Origin: the human T2T-CHM13v2.0 reference genome, Homo sapiens
Assembly (NCBI RefSeq): GCF_009914755.1
Contig: NC_060944.1
Length of the DNA: 64,000 nt
Direction: 5' to 3' (one strand)
The notes under the pieces are model-generated. The model searched no databases. It was not told the origin of the DNA and worked only from the letters and a program-made list of their open reading frames with translations. The position numbers and the translations under genes are program-made. Positions within the stretch are counted from its first letter, which is position 1, and every line of letters begins with the position of its first letter. Positions 1-15,583 of the stretch are shown here, in pieces.

Positions 1-1247
1 CTGGGGAGGGTCTCCTAGAGGGACACCCCCTGGGCACAGGCAGCCCCACAGAAATGGGCTGGGGCTGGGCAGGACCCCACTGCCAGGGGCGCTCTGCCGG
101 GAGCACTCTGCTGATTTGGGGCTTGCCTGCTGTTGAGGTTCCCTGGTCTAAGTTGTAACCGTTAAAATTGTTTAAAAATAGTATTTTGGAAACATTTTAA
201 ATGTGTAGGCCAGGGTCGGGGGGGTGGGGGAGTGGGGGGGATGGGGGGGTTGGGGGGTGGCAGAGGGGAGGAGGGAATCCTGAAGACAGCACCCAGAGCT
301 TCATCCACCTTATCCCCGCGCCCCTCCGTTGGCTGCACTGAGCTCAGAGCACTGGCCCTCCTGCAGCCCACACTCCATTCCGACTCCACCGGGGTTCTGT
401 TACTGTCTTTCCCATCCCAGGATCCCATCAGGGCACTCCACTGTGTGTGGCCGTCAGGTCTCCCCAGTGTCATTTGGTCTGTGACAGCTTCTCAGTTTTT
501 CCTTGTTCTTCATGATCTGGACGTTCATGAGGAATCCAGCACGGGCCTGATTCCAAGCGATAATTACAAAGAAAAGGCAGTGTTGCCTGATTGCCTTGAA
601 GCACTGGGGAGCCTGTGAGGCCTTAAGTAGGGTCAGGTGAAACCACACATGCCATCTGAAGTCAGAGCTGTGCCTTGCTGGCCCGAGCACAGAGGCCTGT
701 GCTCCCTTTCTGCGCCCTCACACAGCTTCTTCTGCCCGGGCCCCGTCCTGGGATGCCCATGTCTGCCCGTCTGTCCCTCTCCCACTTAGCTCTGCCTTGT
801 CCTGTCTGGTCTTGCTTGCGTTTTTCCTTTTCCATCTTCGAGGTCCCAGCCAAGGTGCTCCATTTCACTTCCTGCCCCTCCGGCCGTCTGTTTTTCAAAA
901 GCTCTGCCCAGGATTTCACAGTGAGCCAAGTTCTGAGTGGCCCTCTCCACTAGGAATGTGGCATCAGCCACTATGTCCTAGCAGATCTGCTAGTGATGAC
1001 ATTTCTTTAACAGTCAAAGGAGCAGGTGGGATTGGCTTTAGACTGACTTCACATCTCTGCTCGAGCAGGTCCCTGCTCAAGGGCCTCGTAACCACCCATG
1101 GCCACTGGCTGCTGCCCTGGACCGTGCAGGCCTTGAGCTCCCAGGGCCATCCTGGGGCAGGGGCTGTGCCAGGCACCAACATGGCTTGTTCTCCAAGGTG
1201 GCCCACCTGGGGCGCTGGCTGCTGACTCCTGGCCCATCGCCTCACAG

Positions 1248-1382
1248 GTACAATGCCAGGGAGTACTACGACCACCTGCCCGAGCTGAAGCAGGCCGTGG
1301 ACCAGATCAGCAGTGGCTTTTTTTCTCCCAAGGAGCCAGACTGCTTCAAGGACATCGTGAACATGCTGATGCACCATGACAG
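1248..1382 (+). CDS. PYGB: Brain glycogen phosphorylase, third-last coding exon (exon 18, 135 bp)
   Basis: cacag|G...AG|gtggga boundaries; encodes [45 protein letters not shown], a phosphorylase C-terminal sequence. Confidence 0.97.
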
Positions 1383-1855
1383 GTGGGACCGACTTCCCTG
1401 GTTGGGTGGCTGGGAGGGAGGGAGGGAGGGAGGGGTCCTCTTCGTGGGTTGGATATTCCACCTTGTTTGGAGAGCAAAACCCGTGCTTTCAGGACGTCTT
1501 CTCCACTGTGCCCATGAGACCTTACTGGGCAGAGCCTTAGACCCCAGCTGGGAGTTTGCGATGGCCTCTGGCAATGCCAGGGGGCCCTGGGCAGCGAGAC
1601 ACAGCAGCACAGTCCAGCCCCCAGGCCTTGTGGACCAATGTGCTGAGCAGGAGGGGGTGTCCTCTGCTGGTTGGAGGTCCCAGGGGCAGCCGTGTCCCAG
1701 CAGGCCAGTAGAGGGAGCATGGGCCCAAAACTCCCTGGGGTGGGGTAGGGGGCGCACAAGGGCTGCGGAACCGCGGCAGGCGTCAGTGCCAGTGACAGGC
1801 AGTGGTGAAAATGGATTTCACTTGCAACGATGTGACATTATAATGTAGTTAGTGT

Positions 1856-1861
1856 TTTATT
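1856..1861 (-). terminator. Poly(A) signal AATAAA for the ABHD12 alternative last exon
   Basis: tttatt on +, ~200 bp past the alternative stop codon. Confidence 0.75.
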
Positions 1862-2056
1862 TCAGTGCAGTTAGCACATGGTATGGTTTATCTAGAGTTA
1901 CAGACTTTGTAAGGTTTGCAGCTCAGGGCAGTTCTTCACCGTTGGCAAAAGTTGAATCCGGCGAGGGCTGGGAATTCACCTGCCCTCCACTTTCAGCTGC
2001 CTTTGGGTTAGTTTTGTCTGCTGCTCTTCGATGACCGTGTCACCTGTTGGCTTCAG

Positions 2057-2114
2057 TCACACCAGCTCTGACCACATGCTGGGATCTGGGCTGGAACCTG
2101 GGCCCTGCTGAGGT
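2057..2114 (-). CDS. ABHD12: ABHD12 alternative terminal coding exon (long-isoform C-terminus) inside PYGB intron 18
   Basis: tcacag|A acceptor, phase matches exon 12 end; encodes (R)PQQGPGSSPDPSMWSELV*, which I recognise as the isoform b tail; own AATAAA. Confidence 0.88.
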
Positions 2115-2687
2115 CTGTGATAAAGGAAGTGCTTTTAAAATTGTGAACTCTGCATTTCGTGAAGTGTGCTTCTGACTCGATAGTGAACAGAAATGCATTT
2201 GTAGATTCATAAATCTGGCATTTTTGTTCAGCACATCAGGAACTGCAAGTCAGTATTTCCTGTGTAGGCAAATCCCAGTTAGACTTAAGATGGCAAATGG
2301 AGATGCCGTTCCCCAGCGAGTGCCCCCTGCCCTGAGGAGGCGCCATGGGCTCTCCACTGTCTGCCCAGGAGGCCTCTCCCATGTGCAGCTCTAACTGCCC
2401 TGCGTGTGGAAGACACGTTTTAAATGCCAGTTTATTTAAAGGAGTGTTGGGTTGAAATAAGGTTTTTCTAAAATATTGTCCCAGGACATAAGTGTTGCTC
2501 ACAGAGAAGCCCTGTGGCCAAATGGGCCTGGTGCAGCCTGGCTCTGACCAGCTGCGTGGGTGGGCCCCTTCGCTCCAGACAGGACCAGGTGGATGGTGCC
2601 TGGCCTCCTGCCCTGGGACTCTCCCCTCGGGACAGTGTGGGCAGGGCTCCCTGCTGCCCTGGCCCAGCCTCCTTTCTCCCATTCCAG

Positions 2688-2754
2688 GTTCAAGGTGTTT
2701 GCAGACTATGAAGCCTACATGCAGTGCCAGGCACAGGTGGACCAACTGTACCGG
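2688..2754 (+). CDS. PYGB: Brain glycogen phosphorylase exon 19 (67 bp)
   Basis: ttccag|G...CGG|gtgagg; encodes FKVFADYEAYMQCQAQVDQLYR; phase continues from the previous exon. Confidence 0.97.
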
Positions 2755-3453
2755 GTGAGGCTCCTGGGTCCAGAGGCTAGGGGAGCAGCTAGGTGGGTCC
2801 ATGTAGACGTGTTGGGTCAGATTGTTTATTTCCCAAGCTGAGTAGATTCTTGGCCTGGGCCAGAGGGGTTTGTGATTCTGATCTGTCATCAGTCGGCTGT
2901 GCCTGCCTTTAGGGAAGCTGTCACTGTCAATGTCACTCCCTCCGTTGAAAAAAACAGCTCCTAATGGCCAAGAAAGGAATGTGCGGCCTGGAAACTGAGT
3001 GACGGGCAGGGCCCTGGGAGGGACCTTCTCTTCCCTCAGTCAGGGCTGGCCTCGAGGAAAGGCTGGCCTGGTGTGACCTGCAGCTTGTGGCAGCTGTGAG
3101 GCTCCCTGGTGGAAGGAGACTGCCTGGCCATGTCCCCTGGCACTGGATCTGCCTGGGCAGTTCTTACCTGGTGCTATCCCTATCGTCGTCCTGGGGGCCA
3201 TGCCCTAGCAGGAATTTTCGAGGCTGGGACCTTCTCTCCAGCTCCTTGCTCCCTAGATCTAGAATGCGGTAGCTTTCCTGGTCCGTGGGGTCCCCTTTTC
3301 AACGAACAAGTGATTGTAATGTCCTCCTCTTCCAGCGGATGGCCCCAAGGCTCGGAGCTCATTTGGAAACAGTCCTAAAGTTCTGGAATCCCATGTTTTT
3401 AGCAGCCCCAAGCCCTGTGACGCCAGAGACTAATTTCATCTCCTTCCCTGCAG

Positions 3454-3606
3454 AACCCCAAGGAGTGGACCAAGAAGGTCATCAGGAACATCGCCTGCTC
3501 GGGCAAGTTCTCCAGTGACCGGACCATCACGGAGTATGCACGGGAGATCTGGGGTGTGGAGCCCTCCGACCTGCAGATCCCGCCCCCCAACATCCCCCGG
3601 GACTAG
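3454..3606 (+). CDS. PYGB: Brain glycogen phosphorylase last coding exon (exon 20) to TAG
   Basis: ctgcag|AAC; [50 protein letters not shown]; KFSSDRTI motif and brain-isoform C-terminus. Confidence 0.97.
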   Translation, partial: NPKEWTKKVIRNIACSGKFSSDRTITEYAREIWGVEPSDLQIPPPNIPRD

Positions 3607-5102
3607 GCACACCCTGCCTTGGCGGGACCAGCGGGCATTTGTTTTCTTGCTGACTTTGCACCTCCTTTTTTCCCCAAACACTTTGCCAGCCGCTGGTGGT
3701 CCCTGCTTTTCTGAGTACCATGTTTCCAGGAGGGGCCATGGGGGTCAGGGTGGTTTTGAGAGAGCAGGGTAAGGAAGGAATGTGCTAGAAGTGCTCCTAG
3801 TTTCTTGTAAAGGAAGCCAGAGTTGACAGTACAAAGGGTCGTGGCCAGCCCTGCAGCTTCAGCACCTGCCCCACCCAGAGTGGGAGTCAGGTGGAGCCAC
3901 CTGCTGGGCTCCCCCAGAACTTTGCACACATCTTGCTATGTATTAGCCGATGTCTTTAGTGTTGAGCCTCTGGATTCTGGGGTCTGGGCCAGTGGCCATA
4001 GTGAAGCCTGGGAATGAGTGTTACTGCAGCATCTGGGCTGCCAGCCACAGGGAAGGGCCAAGCCCCATGTAGCCCCAGTCATCCTGCCCAGCCCTGCCTC
4101 CTGGCCATGCCGGGAGGGGTCGGATCCTCTAGGCATCGCCTTCACAGCCCCCTGCCCCCTGCCCTCTGTCCTGGCTCTGCACCTGGTATATGGGTCATGG
4201 ACCCAGATGGGGCTTTCCCTTTGTAGCCATCCAATGGGCATTGTGTGGGTGCTTGGAACCCGGGATGACTGAGGGGGACACTGGAGTGGGTGCTTGTGTC
4301 TGCTGTCTCAGAGGCCTTGGTCAGGATGAAGTTGGCTGACACAGCTTAGCTTGGTTTTGCTTATTCAAAAGAGAAAATAACTACACATGGAAATGAAACT
4401 AGCTGAAGCCTTTTCTTGTTTTAGCAACTGAAAATTGTACTTGGTCACTTTTGTGCTTGAGGAGGCCCATTTTCTGCCTGGCAGGGGGCAGGTCTGTGCC
4501 CTCCCGCTGACTCCTGCTGTGTCCTGAGGTGCATTTCCTGTTGTACACACAAGGGCCAGGCTCCATTCTCCCTCCCTTTCCACCAGTGCCACAGCCTCGT
4601 CTGGAAAAAGGACCAGGGGTCCCGGAGGAACCCATTTGTGCTCTGCTTGGACAGCAGGCCTGGCACTGGGAGGTGGGGGTGAGCCCCTCACAGCCTTGCC
4701 CCTCCCCAGGGCTGGCAACCTGCCTTCCATTGCCCAAGAGAGAGGGCAGGGAACAGGCTACTGTCCTTCCCTGTGGAATTGCCGAGAAATCTAGCACCTT
4801 GCATGCTGGATCTGGGCTGCGGGGAGGCTCTTTTTCTCCCTGGCCTCCAGTGCCCACCAGGAGGATCTGCGCACGGTGCACAGCCCACCAGAGCACTACA
4901 GCCTTTTATTGAGTGGGGTGGGGCAAGTGCTGGGCTGTGGTCGTGCCCTGACAGCATCTTCCCCAGGCAGCGGCTCTGTGGAGGAGGCCATACTCCCCTA
5001 GTTGGCCACTGGGGCCACCACCCTGACCACCACTGTGCCCCTCATTGTTACTACCTTGTGAGATAAAAACTGATTAAACCTTTGTGGCTGTGGTTGGCTG
5101 AC
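3607..5102 (+). other. PYGB: PYGB 3' UTR (end approximate)
   Basis: Runs from the stop codon to ATTAAA at 5073-5078, followed by GT-rich sequence. Confidence 0.8.
5073..5078 (+). terminator. PYGB polyadenylation signal ATTAAA
   Basis: Variant hexamer ~1.5 kb after the stop with a GT-rich downstream element. Confidence 0.75.
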
Positions 5103-5348
5103 ATGGGGTCTGTGTTTCACTAACTAACTAACTGCAGGTGGTGGTATGAGACTGTGGGAAGCAGAGAACACAGGCCTGAGGCCCAGGGTGGTGCCAGTGC
5201 AGGGATGAGACCTGCAAGTGGGCCACAGGTCCCCCGTCTGAAACTAGAGCCGGGGCTGAATTACACCCCATCATTCTGGGATTGAGGGCAGAAAAGTTTG
5301 CATCTCCACTAGGTGTGGAACCCGGGGTCATGTGTGCCTGAACGGCTA

Positions 5349-5638
<290 letters not shown>

Positions 5639-6206
5639 AAGCTAGCTATTTTCTAAAAATCCTATCAATCAATCAAATCCAGCCATTACTAAACATGCTA
5701 TCTGGGGATAAGAAACACACACACCTTTCTGGTGTGACTTGTGCTGGTCCCTTTGCACCTGCGACTTTTGTCTCCCACTCCTGGCCCTGGGGACCAAAGC
5801 ATCGCCCATCAATTGTACAGTTGCAGATTAAGAAATCAGGAGAAATGAGCCTAGGGCTCTGTGCTACCCTGAAGACCCAAGAACTGGGATGCTGGAGTGC
5901 CATGGGCCTCCTTGGCCTCAGACCTGGTCGTGCAGGGGTTGGTGCTGCCAGGTTGTCCTCATCCCCACACCCACCATGCATCTGGGTGGGCGGCACCAAG
6001 GTGGTGCCCTGGGAGTCTCTGCCTCCCCAGGTCTGTGGGGTGCCCTCCCAGGGATTAGTTGCTTGGACAACTGAGCTCAGCACCCTGGGTAGGGCACTTG
6101 GATGTAATGAGCTGACAGGTGATGGTGGAGCAGCTGCCACACAGTGCACCCTTCTCGCTCTTATCTGCATCATCTGTCAGTTTTGTAAAAAAGACACTAG
6201 TAGCTT

Positions 6207-6497
6207 GGCTGAGTGCAATGGCTCATGCCTATAATCCCAGCACTTTGAGAGGCCAAGGCAGGAGGATTGCTCAGGAGTTCGAGACCAGCCTGGGCAACAT
6301 GGCAAAACCCCATCTTTACAAAACATAAAGGAATTAGCTGGGCGTGGTGGCACGTGCCTGTAGTCCCACCTACTTGGGAGGCAGGCTGAGGTGGGAGAAC
6401 TGCTTGAGCCCAGGAGGTGAAGTTGCTGTGAGCTATGATTGTGCCACTGCACTCCAGCCTGGGCAACAGAGTGAGACTGTCTCAAAAAAACAAAAAA
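6207..6497 (+). mobile_element. Alu (J-type)
   Basis: Dimeric Alu with A tail. Confidence 0.9.
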
Positions 6498-7314
6498 CCC
6501 ACCAGGAGCTTGTATTTTTAGTTTGTATCTATCTTGCCTCAGTCCCCCAGCCAAGTATCCCAAGTAGCTTACATAGACCAAAAAAAAAAAAAATGAGGAA
6601 AAGATGAAGGCCAGCCCAGGTAGAGTGGGTCACCTCTGCTTCGTGGTCAGGAGCCGAAGTGTGCGACGAGGCCAGGAGACCAGCCTTGGGCTCTGTGCTG
6701 GAGTAAACCTATGTCCTAAAGAAGGGGCTGCCTGGCTCCCCTAGGGGTTCCTATAGCCTCACAAAGACATTCTAGGATGCCACGTGGGTCCCCGGCTCAG
6801 ATGGCCATGCAAGGAGATCCCAACCCTGGGGCAGGTGGTGTCTCTGGGGCCGTGGGTGGGTGGAACAGAAATGACACCCTAATTAGGGACCAGGAGCTGG
6901 GGCACACCCTGGCCAGGAGGGGGACCAGTGTTCTCATGAACTGACCTCAGAAGTAATGTCTACTCAGCTGCTCCCCTGCGTAGGAAAAGTGTTTTGTAGA
7001 TCTGAGAACCGCTATAGGTAGCTCAGGGTACCCCAGTGAAGGAGTGTAACCGCGAGGACCTCTGGGCTCCCTGCCAGCCCACAGCTGCTGATGCTGGGAC
7101 TGCAACTTGGAGAAAGGGGCGAGCAGGTGAACAAAACTTCCTACTCCTGGCAAATTTCTGAGCTGCTGGGACTAGAAAATTTCATAGTCTGAGGCTGAGT
7201 CATGGAGTGGCTCCAAAGCGGCTAGAGGCTGGGCTGTGGGCGGCTCTGGGGCATGGAGGAGGCAACATTGACCCTTCTCGCGCTGCAGAGAGACAAAAGG
7301 ACCACCACCACGAT

Positions 7315-7320
7315 TTTATT
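7315..7320 (-). terminator. ABHD12 main poly(A) signal AATAAA
   Basis: tttatt on +, ~610 bp past the exon 13 stop. Confidence 0.8.
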
Positions 7321-7930
7321 CTTAAATAAAGCTCAGTCTAAGGCCAGGTTAGGTGTACAGGTAGGTGAAAGGGGAGGAAGTGCAGATCCCGGGCACTTCC
7401 ACTGTGGGTGAGTGGGCCAGCCCAGGGGAGGTGGGGCAGCTGAGAAAGGCAAGCAGGTACACAGGGCAGGAGGGGACGATGGAACCACTGGAGTCATTCT
7501 GCATGTGCTGGGAAGGTGCAGAAAGAACCTGGACCCCACGTTCTCTGTGGGTGGTGCCAAAAAGCTCAGCATGGTCCCGAGCCCCAAGAGTCCCCTGCCC
7601 GGACTCCCCCTGTCCAGCTCAGTGCAGCATCAACCAGGCAGTGATGGCTGCCTGCTGCCATTAAGTCTCCCAACAAGATCTCAGGTTGAGGGGCGGCAAG
7701 GAGAGCCACATGCCTGCCACCCACGCTTTCCACACAGCCATGCTCAGGCCTCCGGGCACTGCAGGCCTGCAGGGGCCTCCCCACCTGGGATCTGAGGTGC
7801 TCTCCAGGTGCGAGCTGGGCTCCTGAGCATTGCAGGTGCCGGCCCCCTGGGGCTTCAGGATACCGGGCTGCTGACTGGAGGAAAACGGGAGGAGGGCAGA
7901 GGTCTTCATGCTTCCTTCCCACGGCCAGGC

Positions 7931-7970
7931 TCAGTGCTGGTGCTCAGGCTCCGACTTCCCCAGGAATTCC
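7931..7970 (-). CDS. ABHD12: ABHD12 exon 13, main terminal coding exon
   Basis: gtctag|G; (R)EFLGKSEPEHQH*. Confidence 0.95.
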
Positions 7971-9304
7971 CTAGACCACAGGACAATCAGGAGCCAATCA
8001 TTTGAGCTCAGACCAAAGATCCTTCTCCACAGTCCTCACACTGCTATCTAAGGAAGCAGAGGCTGTGCAGAGAGGAGGCAGCCAAGAGCCCCATGAGGAT
8101 GCGCTGTAGCCCAGAGCAGCACTCAGTGAGTTAGGCAGGGAACAAGCAGTGTGGTGCCAAGTCAAAGCCCAACACACAGGCACGGAGACAAGGTCTCTGA
8201 TTCTTGACCCTCAACTTCAGAGCTATTCTCTGGTCTAAATTTTCTACACATATCTTCCTTTTATAATGGGGAAAATTATAACCCCAAAGCAAACCCATAC
8301 TCTGAGCCCACTGCCCCCTTAGCAACCCAGGTACCTGTGCTAAAGGGACACAGTTTTGCCTCTGGAACTTCCAAAGGCAACTGGAGAAAAGCAGAAGTTT
8401 GCAGTAGAATTACTCACGGGATATACAGCACTGGGAGGCAATTCAGGCCACCAATTTCAGTCCCCTGCAGGGAGAAACTGGCACCTTGACCTACTTTTTG
8501 GAGCTGACTGGCACAACACAACAAAAAACTCTTATCACCATTAGCAGCAGCCCCTCCGTGGGTCCAGTGCTTAGGGTCGAAGTACCACATGCCCTCCTCG
8601 GCTCAGAAGCCTTGTCCCATGCACAGGGAGGGTTAGCATCTTGCCCAAGGCCACACAGCCAGGCAGTGGGGTGGGGGCCTGTGTCCTCTGACAGGCAGGT
8701 AGGCGAGTCTGGGCAGCAACCTGCATAGGGCCCAGGGCAGTACAGAGGAGGCCGGGGGTTGGTCCATTCCACACACTGCCCTTGTCACTACTGCCAAGGC
8801 CTCACCCTCAGGCTTGGGCTCTGCACTCAGGCCCAGGTGGGTACTCATGGCTCTCTGGGCTGGCGCCCATGTCCTGCCAGTGCGGGGCAGTCAGGAGCAC
8901 CACGTCCCTTCAAGAAGCAGCTGGGGACAAAGAGGCTTTTGAGGAGCTGTGTACGTCTTGAGAGGTGTGTGGAAGAGATCCGAGGCCTGCAAGTGGCTGG
9001 GGTGTCTGTGTCTGAGTGTTCCCAAACATGGCCACCTGTGAGCGTGTGTGCCCCCCCGTGTGGGTCTGTACATCCTGTACAACATGGAGGCGGCTCACCC
9101 TGCATGATCATGTGAACAGTCCTGGAGCAGGAGAGAGGCACTCCCTCAAACCCCTCTGCCAAGGAAATGGAAGGCTCCCAAATCACTGTGACTCTTGGCC
9201 CCACTGAGGCCCCCTGAGCAGCTTCAGCAGCTGCCACCTGCTGCACGTTAGGTGTGAGCCAGTGCTGCCCAGACGAAGCCCCTGGGTGGGAAGAGAATGT
9301 CTCA

Positions 9305-9448
<144 letters not shown>

Positions 9449-10637
9449 TCAGAGCCTGAGGCAGTGGCCTGGCATGGGGGTCCCAGCCTGAGGAACACCA
9501 GCTTGGCAGCCTCCCCTTCAATAGAAACCAGTCCAGAGTCCCACATACACTGCTTGTTGCCACAGCCGGTCACGACCAGGAGGCCCGGGGGTGGGCTGGG
9601 AGGAGCCAGGCCCCAGGCTTGGCTCCTGGGCACACACCACTCAAGATACTGTCCTCACACCTTATAGACTACCCTTCCTCTGGGGAGTGGCTAGGTGGAT
9701 GAGCCAGACCAGGTGCCTGGGAGGCTCTGATGGCAGGGATGGCACAGTCTTGGGGAGCTGGGACAAAAGGTATGTGCCTCAGGCTTAGCTAAGATGGGCT
9801 TGATGTACCCATCTCAGCCCCCTCCCCCTCTCATTTCGGCAAGGGTAGGTGGGCCTGAGCTGTGCGCTGCTGGGCGGCTCTGCATTCTGCCCCTGCCCTG
9901 TGTGGCTCCGTCATCTGTGTGCCTTATGGAGCCTGACTGCATGGGGGCTGTCAGAGCAGGAAGTGCTCCCAGCCCTGGGCTGAATCCGTGGACGAGGCCT
10001 GCACACACCCAACTAGTTTGCCCTGCCATTACCAAGACCCAGGCTGCCTTCTCTTACCCTACTCTGAGCCACAAATCCAATCCAACTTGCTGACAGTCAA
10101 AGCAAATTCAGCAAAAGCAAACACTGAGGCCCCACAGACAGCATGGTCTGGTTCTGGTATCAGCGCAATTCCAAAGGCAAGGAAACAGGCTAGAAGTTTC
10201 TCTATCAATTTTGACTGTGACCCCTGCAATGGGCTTGGGAGATCCTCATCAAGGGGTTCTTTGCCTTCAGCCCATAACTGATGAGCCCTTCCAGCTGAGT
10301 TCCCAGGTTGGCCTGGGCTCTGATAACATAGGCAGCGCACTCTGATAACCCCTGTGTGAGGACTGGGAACTATCTGCTTATTTTTCATAGTTCTTGGAGA
10401 CAGCATCAGTGGGCCCCTGCCCCAACCTTTACACCAGACCTCCCATGTCCTTCCGAAGCAGCCTGGAGGTGACGCAGGGAGGATGAGGTGGCCTCCTGAG
10501 CCTGACGTGGCTGGTGCGCAGCCCGTGATGCAGCATGCAGGGGCTGCCTTCCCGCCTGCCCACTCCCAGCCTGGTCCACCCACACTGGCTGAGTGTGCAA
10601 GATGCCAGCTACACCAGAGGCAGAGGCCAGGACCCAC

Positions 10638-10716
10638 CTTTCTGCCAAGCTGGAAGGGCACCACCGGGTCGTCCTCAGCGTGCAGGATGAGCAGGGGACA
10701 GGAGATGTGCTTCACG
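10638..10716 (-). CDS. ABHD12: ABHD12 exon 11 (79 bp), catalytic Asp
   Basis: ctacag|C...AAG|gtgggt; [26 protein letters not shown]. Confidence 0.96.
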
Positions 10717-11645
10717 CTGTAGGAGGGAGAAGGGGCTAGACCAAGACCAGGGAAAGGGCAGAGTTGCCCAGACCCTCTGTCCATGGCAGGGATCCGGGTT
10801 CAGGGTGTGTTTTGGGAAACAGCCTGATTTCTGCTGGATTTCTTTTTACTAGACAACTGAAAGTTAACTCTTCATTATCTCTATGAACATCTATTACAGC
10901 TAGATGACAGGTGTCAATCACAGCTATATAACTGGCCCTCGGAATGTCTTCTGAAAATTGAAAATGATTATTTTTCCACCAGATATATATATTTTTAAGC
11001 GGAATAATTCAGGTGGGCCAAGAAACTTAGTGTAAATGAATGTTACTAGGAATCTGTTGGTAAAAAAAGTCAATGTTCTCTAATTTATCTGTGTAAGTGA
11101 CATTTATGGTCACTCCAACTCTAAACACTTAGAAGTGATTTAGGATTTTCAGTAGGTTTGATAGATCCAAATCCTTCAGCAAACCACATAACAGAAGCAT
11201 GGGCTGCCAGGACCGGCGGAGCCTGGGCTCTCCTGTGCGGCCCTCACTGAGGTGGTGCCTGACCCAAGTCTCCTTTATCCCCAACAGGGCTGTGTGCTCC
11301 GTGAGGGCAGCGCTGGTGCACTCCTGGCACCTGGAGCAGGACCCGGTGGGGAGCCCCCGCCCTGTCTGTGCTGCTGGCAGGAGGCACACACTCTTGCTTC
11401 CCAGTAAGGCTTGTCTGATGTGCGAGTCCCTCTCACCAGAGGCTCTGGAGGAAGCGGCAGTACTTGGGATTTCCCAGACCACGGCCCACCTGAGCTCAGG
11501 AAAGCCCCTCCTGCCCTCAGAGCTGTGCCCCTGACTTCCAATGAGCTGAGGGTGGGGGTCTCACCCAGGGTCACCTGTACTCCATCTGGCTCAGCTGGGA
11601 GGGTCAAGGCCAAAGGCAGCTTCAGGGGCACGGTACTCAAACTTG

Positions 11646-13767
<2,122 letters not shown>

Positions 13768-13920
13768 GCAGGCTTTCCCTTTTTAAAGACCTGTTTGCTA
13801 GAGAATGACCCTAAATACACTGAATTCCATCCTATTTGATTACTGTGACTAAAGAGGCTCATCCAGAGGTTCTCAGAGTTTTTCTAAATAGGAAAATTAG
13901 TTCCTGTCCCATAATACTCA

Positions 13921-14028
<108 letters not shown>

Positions 14029-15030
14029 TCAGAAGCGTTGGTTAAGATATCCAGGCACAGGTCAAGGGTGCAGACAGTTTAAGTTCAGAAATCTATAAGG
14101 CGTTGCCCATAACTACCCTACCTAAGGGAGCAGGGGTGACATTGCCAAGGGGCCACCAGAGCTGTGCCCTGGCACCTTCTGCCCTGGCCGTGTCCTGGCT
14201 TTGCTGCTAGGAACAGAAGAATCACCCGCCAGGCCCCACAGACTGGCATGGCAGGGGCTGCCCTGCAAATGGGGCTCCCGCACCTCCCAGCCAGGCCAGA
14301 ATCCACCCCAGAAACCAGTCTTCCCGCAGACACCAGGGCCGCCACCCCTGAGAAAGTGGGGTCTATGGACAGTTTCCTCACACAATTTAAGAAAAGCAGC
14401 ACCAAAAAGTAAGATAAGATAAAAGGCTCTTCTGGTTGGTAACAGAACAGCATGAGGCCAGCATGGGCTGACACAGGCCCGAGAATCCATGGCCAGTGGG
14501 GAGCACAGGGATCACAAACCAGAGTGAGAAGGAGGGGAAAATAACTGGCTAGGTTTTAAGGGAAGGTCCAAGGTTCCATTCCCAGCTGGGGAGGGCACAG
14601 GTTGGGTGGGGCCTGGCTTACCCAGAATTCCCACTGGGGTTCACCTGGGCCTTTCCCCAAGATAAAACTGGAAGGCCAGACTCCCTGGTCCACACAGTCC
14701 AGCCCCCCAAGCACTGTCTCATACACAGAGAGGGGGGCACCCCCAGCTCCACTCCTGAACAGGAAGGCAGGGCTGTCAATACAATGCAGTCGATGACACC
14801 ACGTGAGCCCGGCCTCCACTGTGTCCAGCTGCCCTCAAATGACCCAATTATGACCTGTCATTTCACCTGGCTGCAGGTTATACTTCTTGGGCAGCTCTGT
14901 GGCCAAAACTAGTATTAATTTTTAATGAAATCTGTATTCATTAGAATATTTAAATAACAATTTTTAATAATTATTATAATGTATCCTGTAATTAGTTATT
15001 TCTATAATTTATCTTAATAATGAAAAGTTA

Positions 15031-15387
<357 letters not shown>

Positions 15388-15545
15388 TCAGGTGTATCAT
15401 GGGAAGGGTGGCTGGTCAGCCCCGGGCCCCCCAGAATGTGCAGCTCATGCTGCTCCATGAGGACGCTGAGCACTTGCAGCAGGGCCGGGACTGGGGAGCA
15501 CCCTGAATGCTCACTGCCACGGCTGGGGCCCAACAAGGCACTCAC

Positions 15546-15583
15546 CTCGCTCACAGAGGCGCCGCACCAGATTTGTCGCCACG
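15546..15583 (-). CDS. ABHD12: ABHD12 exon 8 (38 bp)
   Basis: tcctag|C...G|gtgagt; VATNLVRRLCER. Confidence 0.95.

Noticed and set aside
1186-1848. 220-aa ORF
   Set aside because: Only 1248-1382 is the PYGB exon; the rest is intron read in frame
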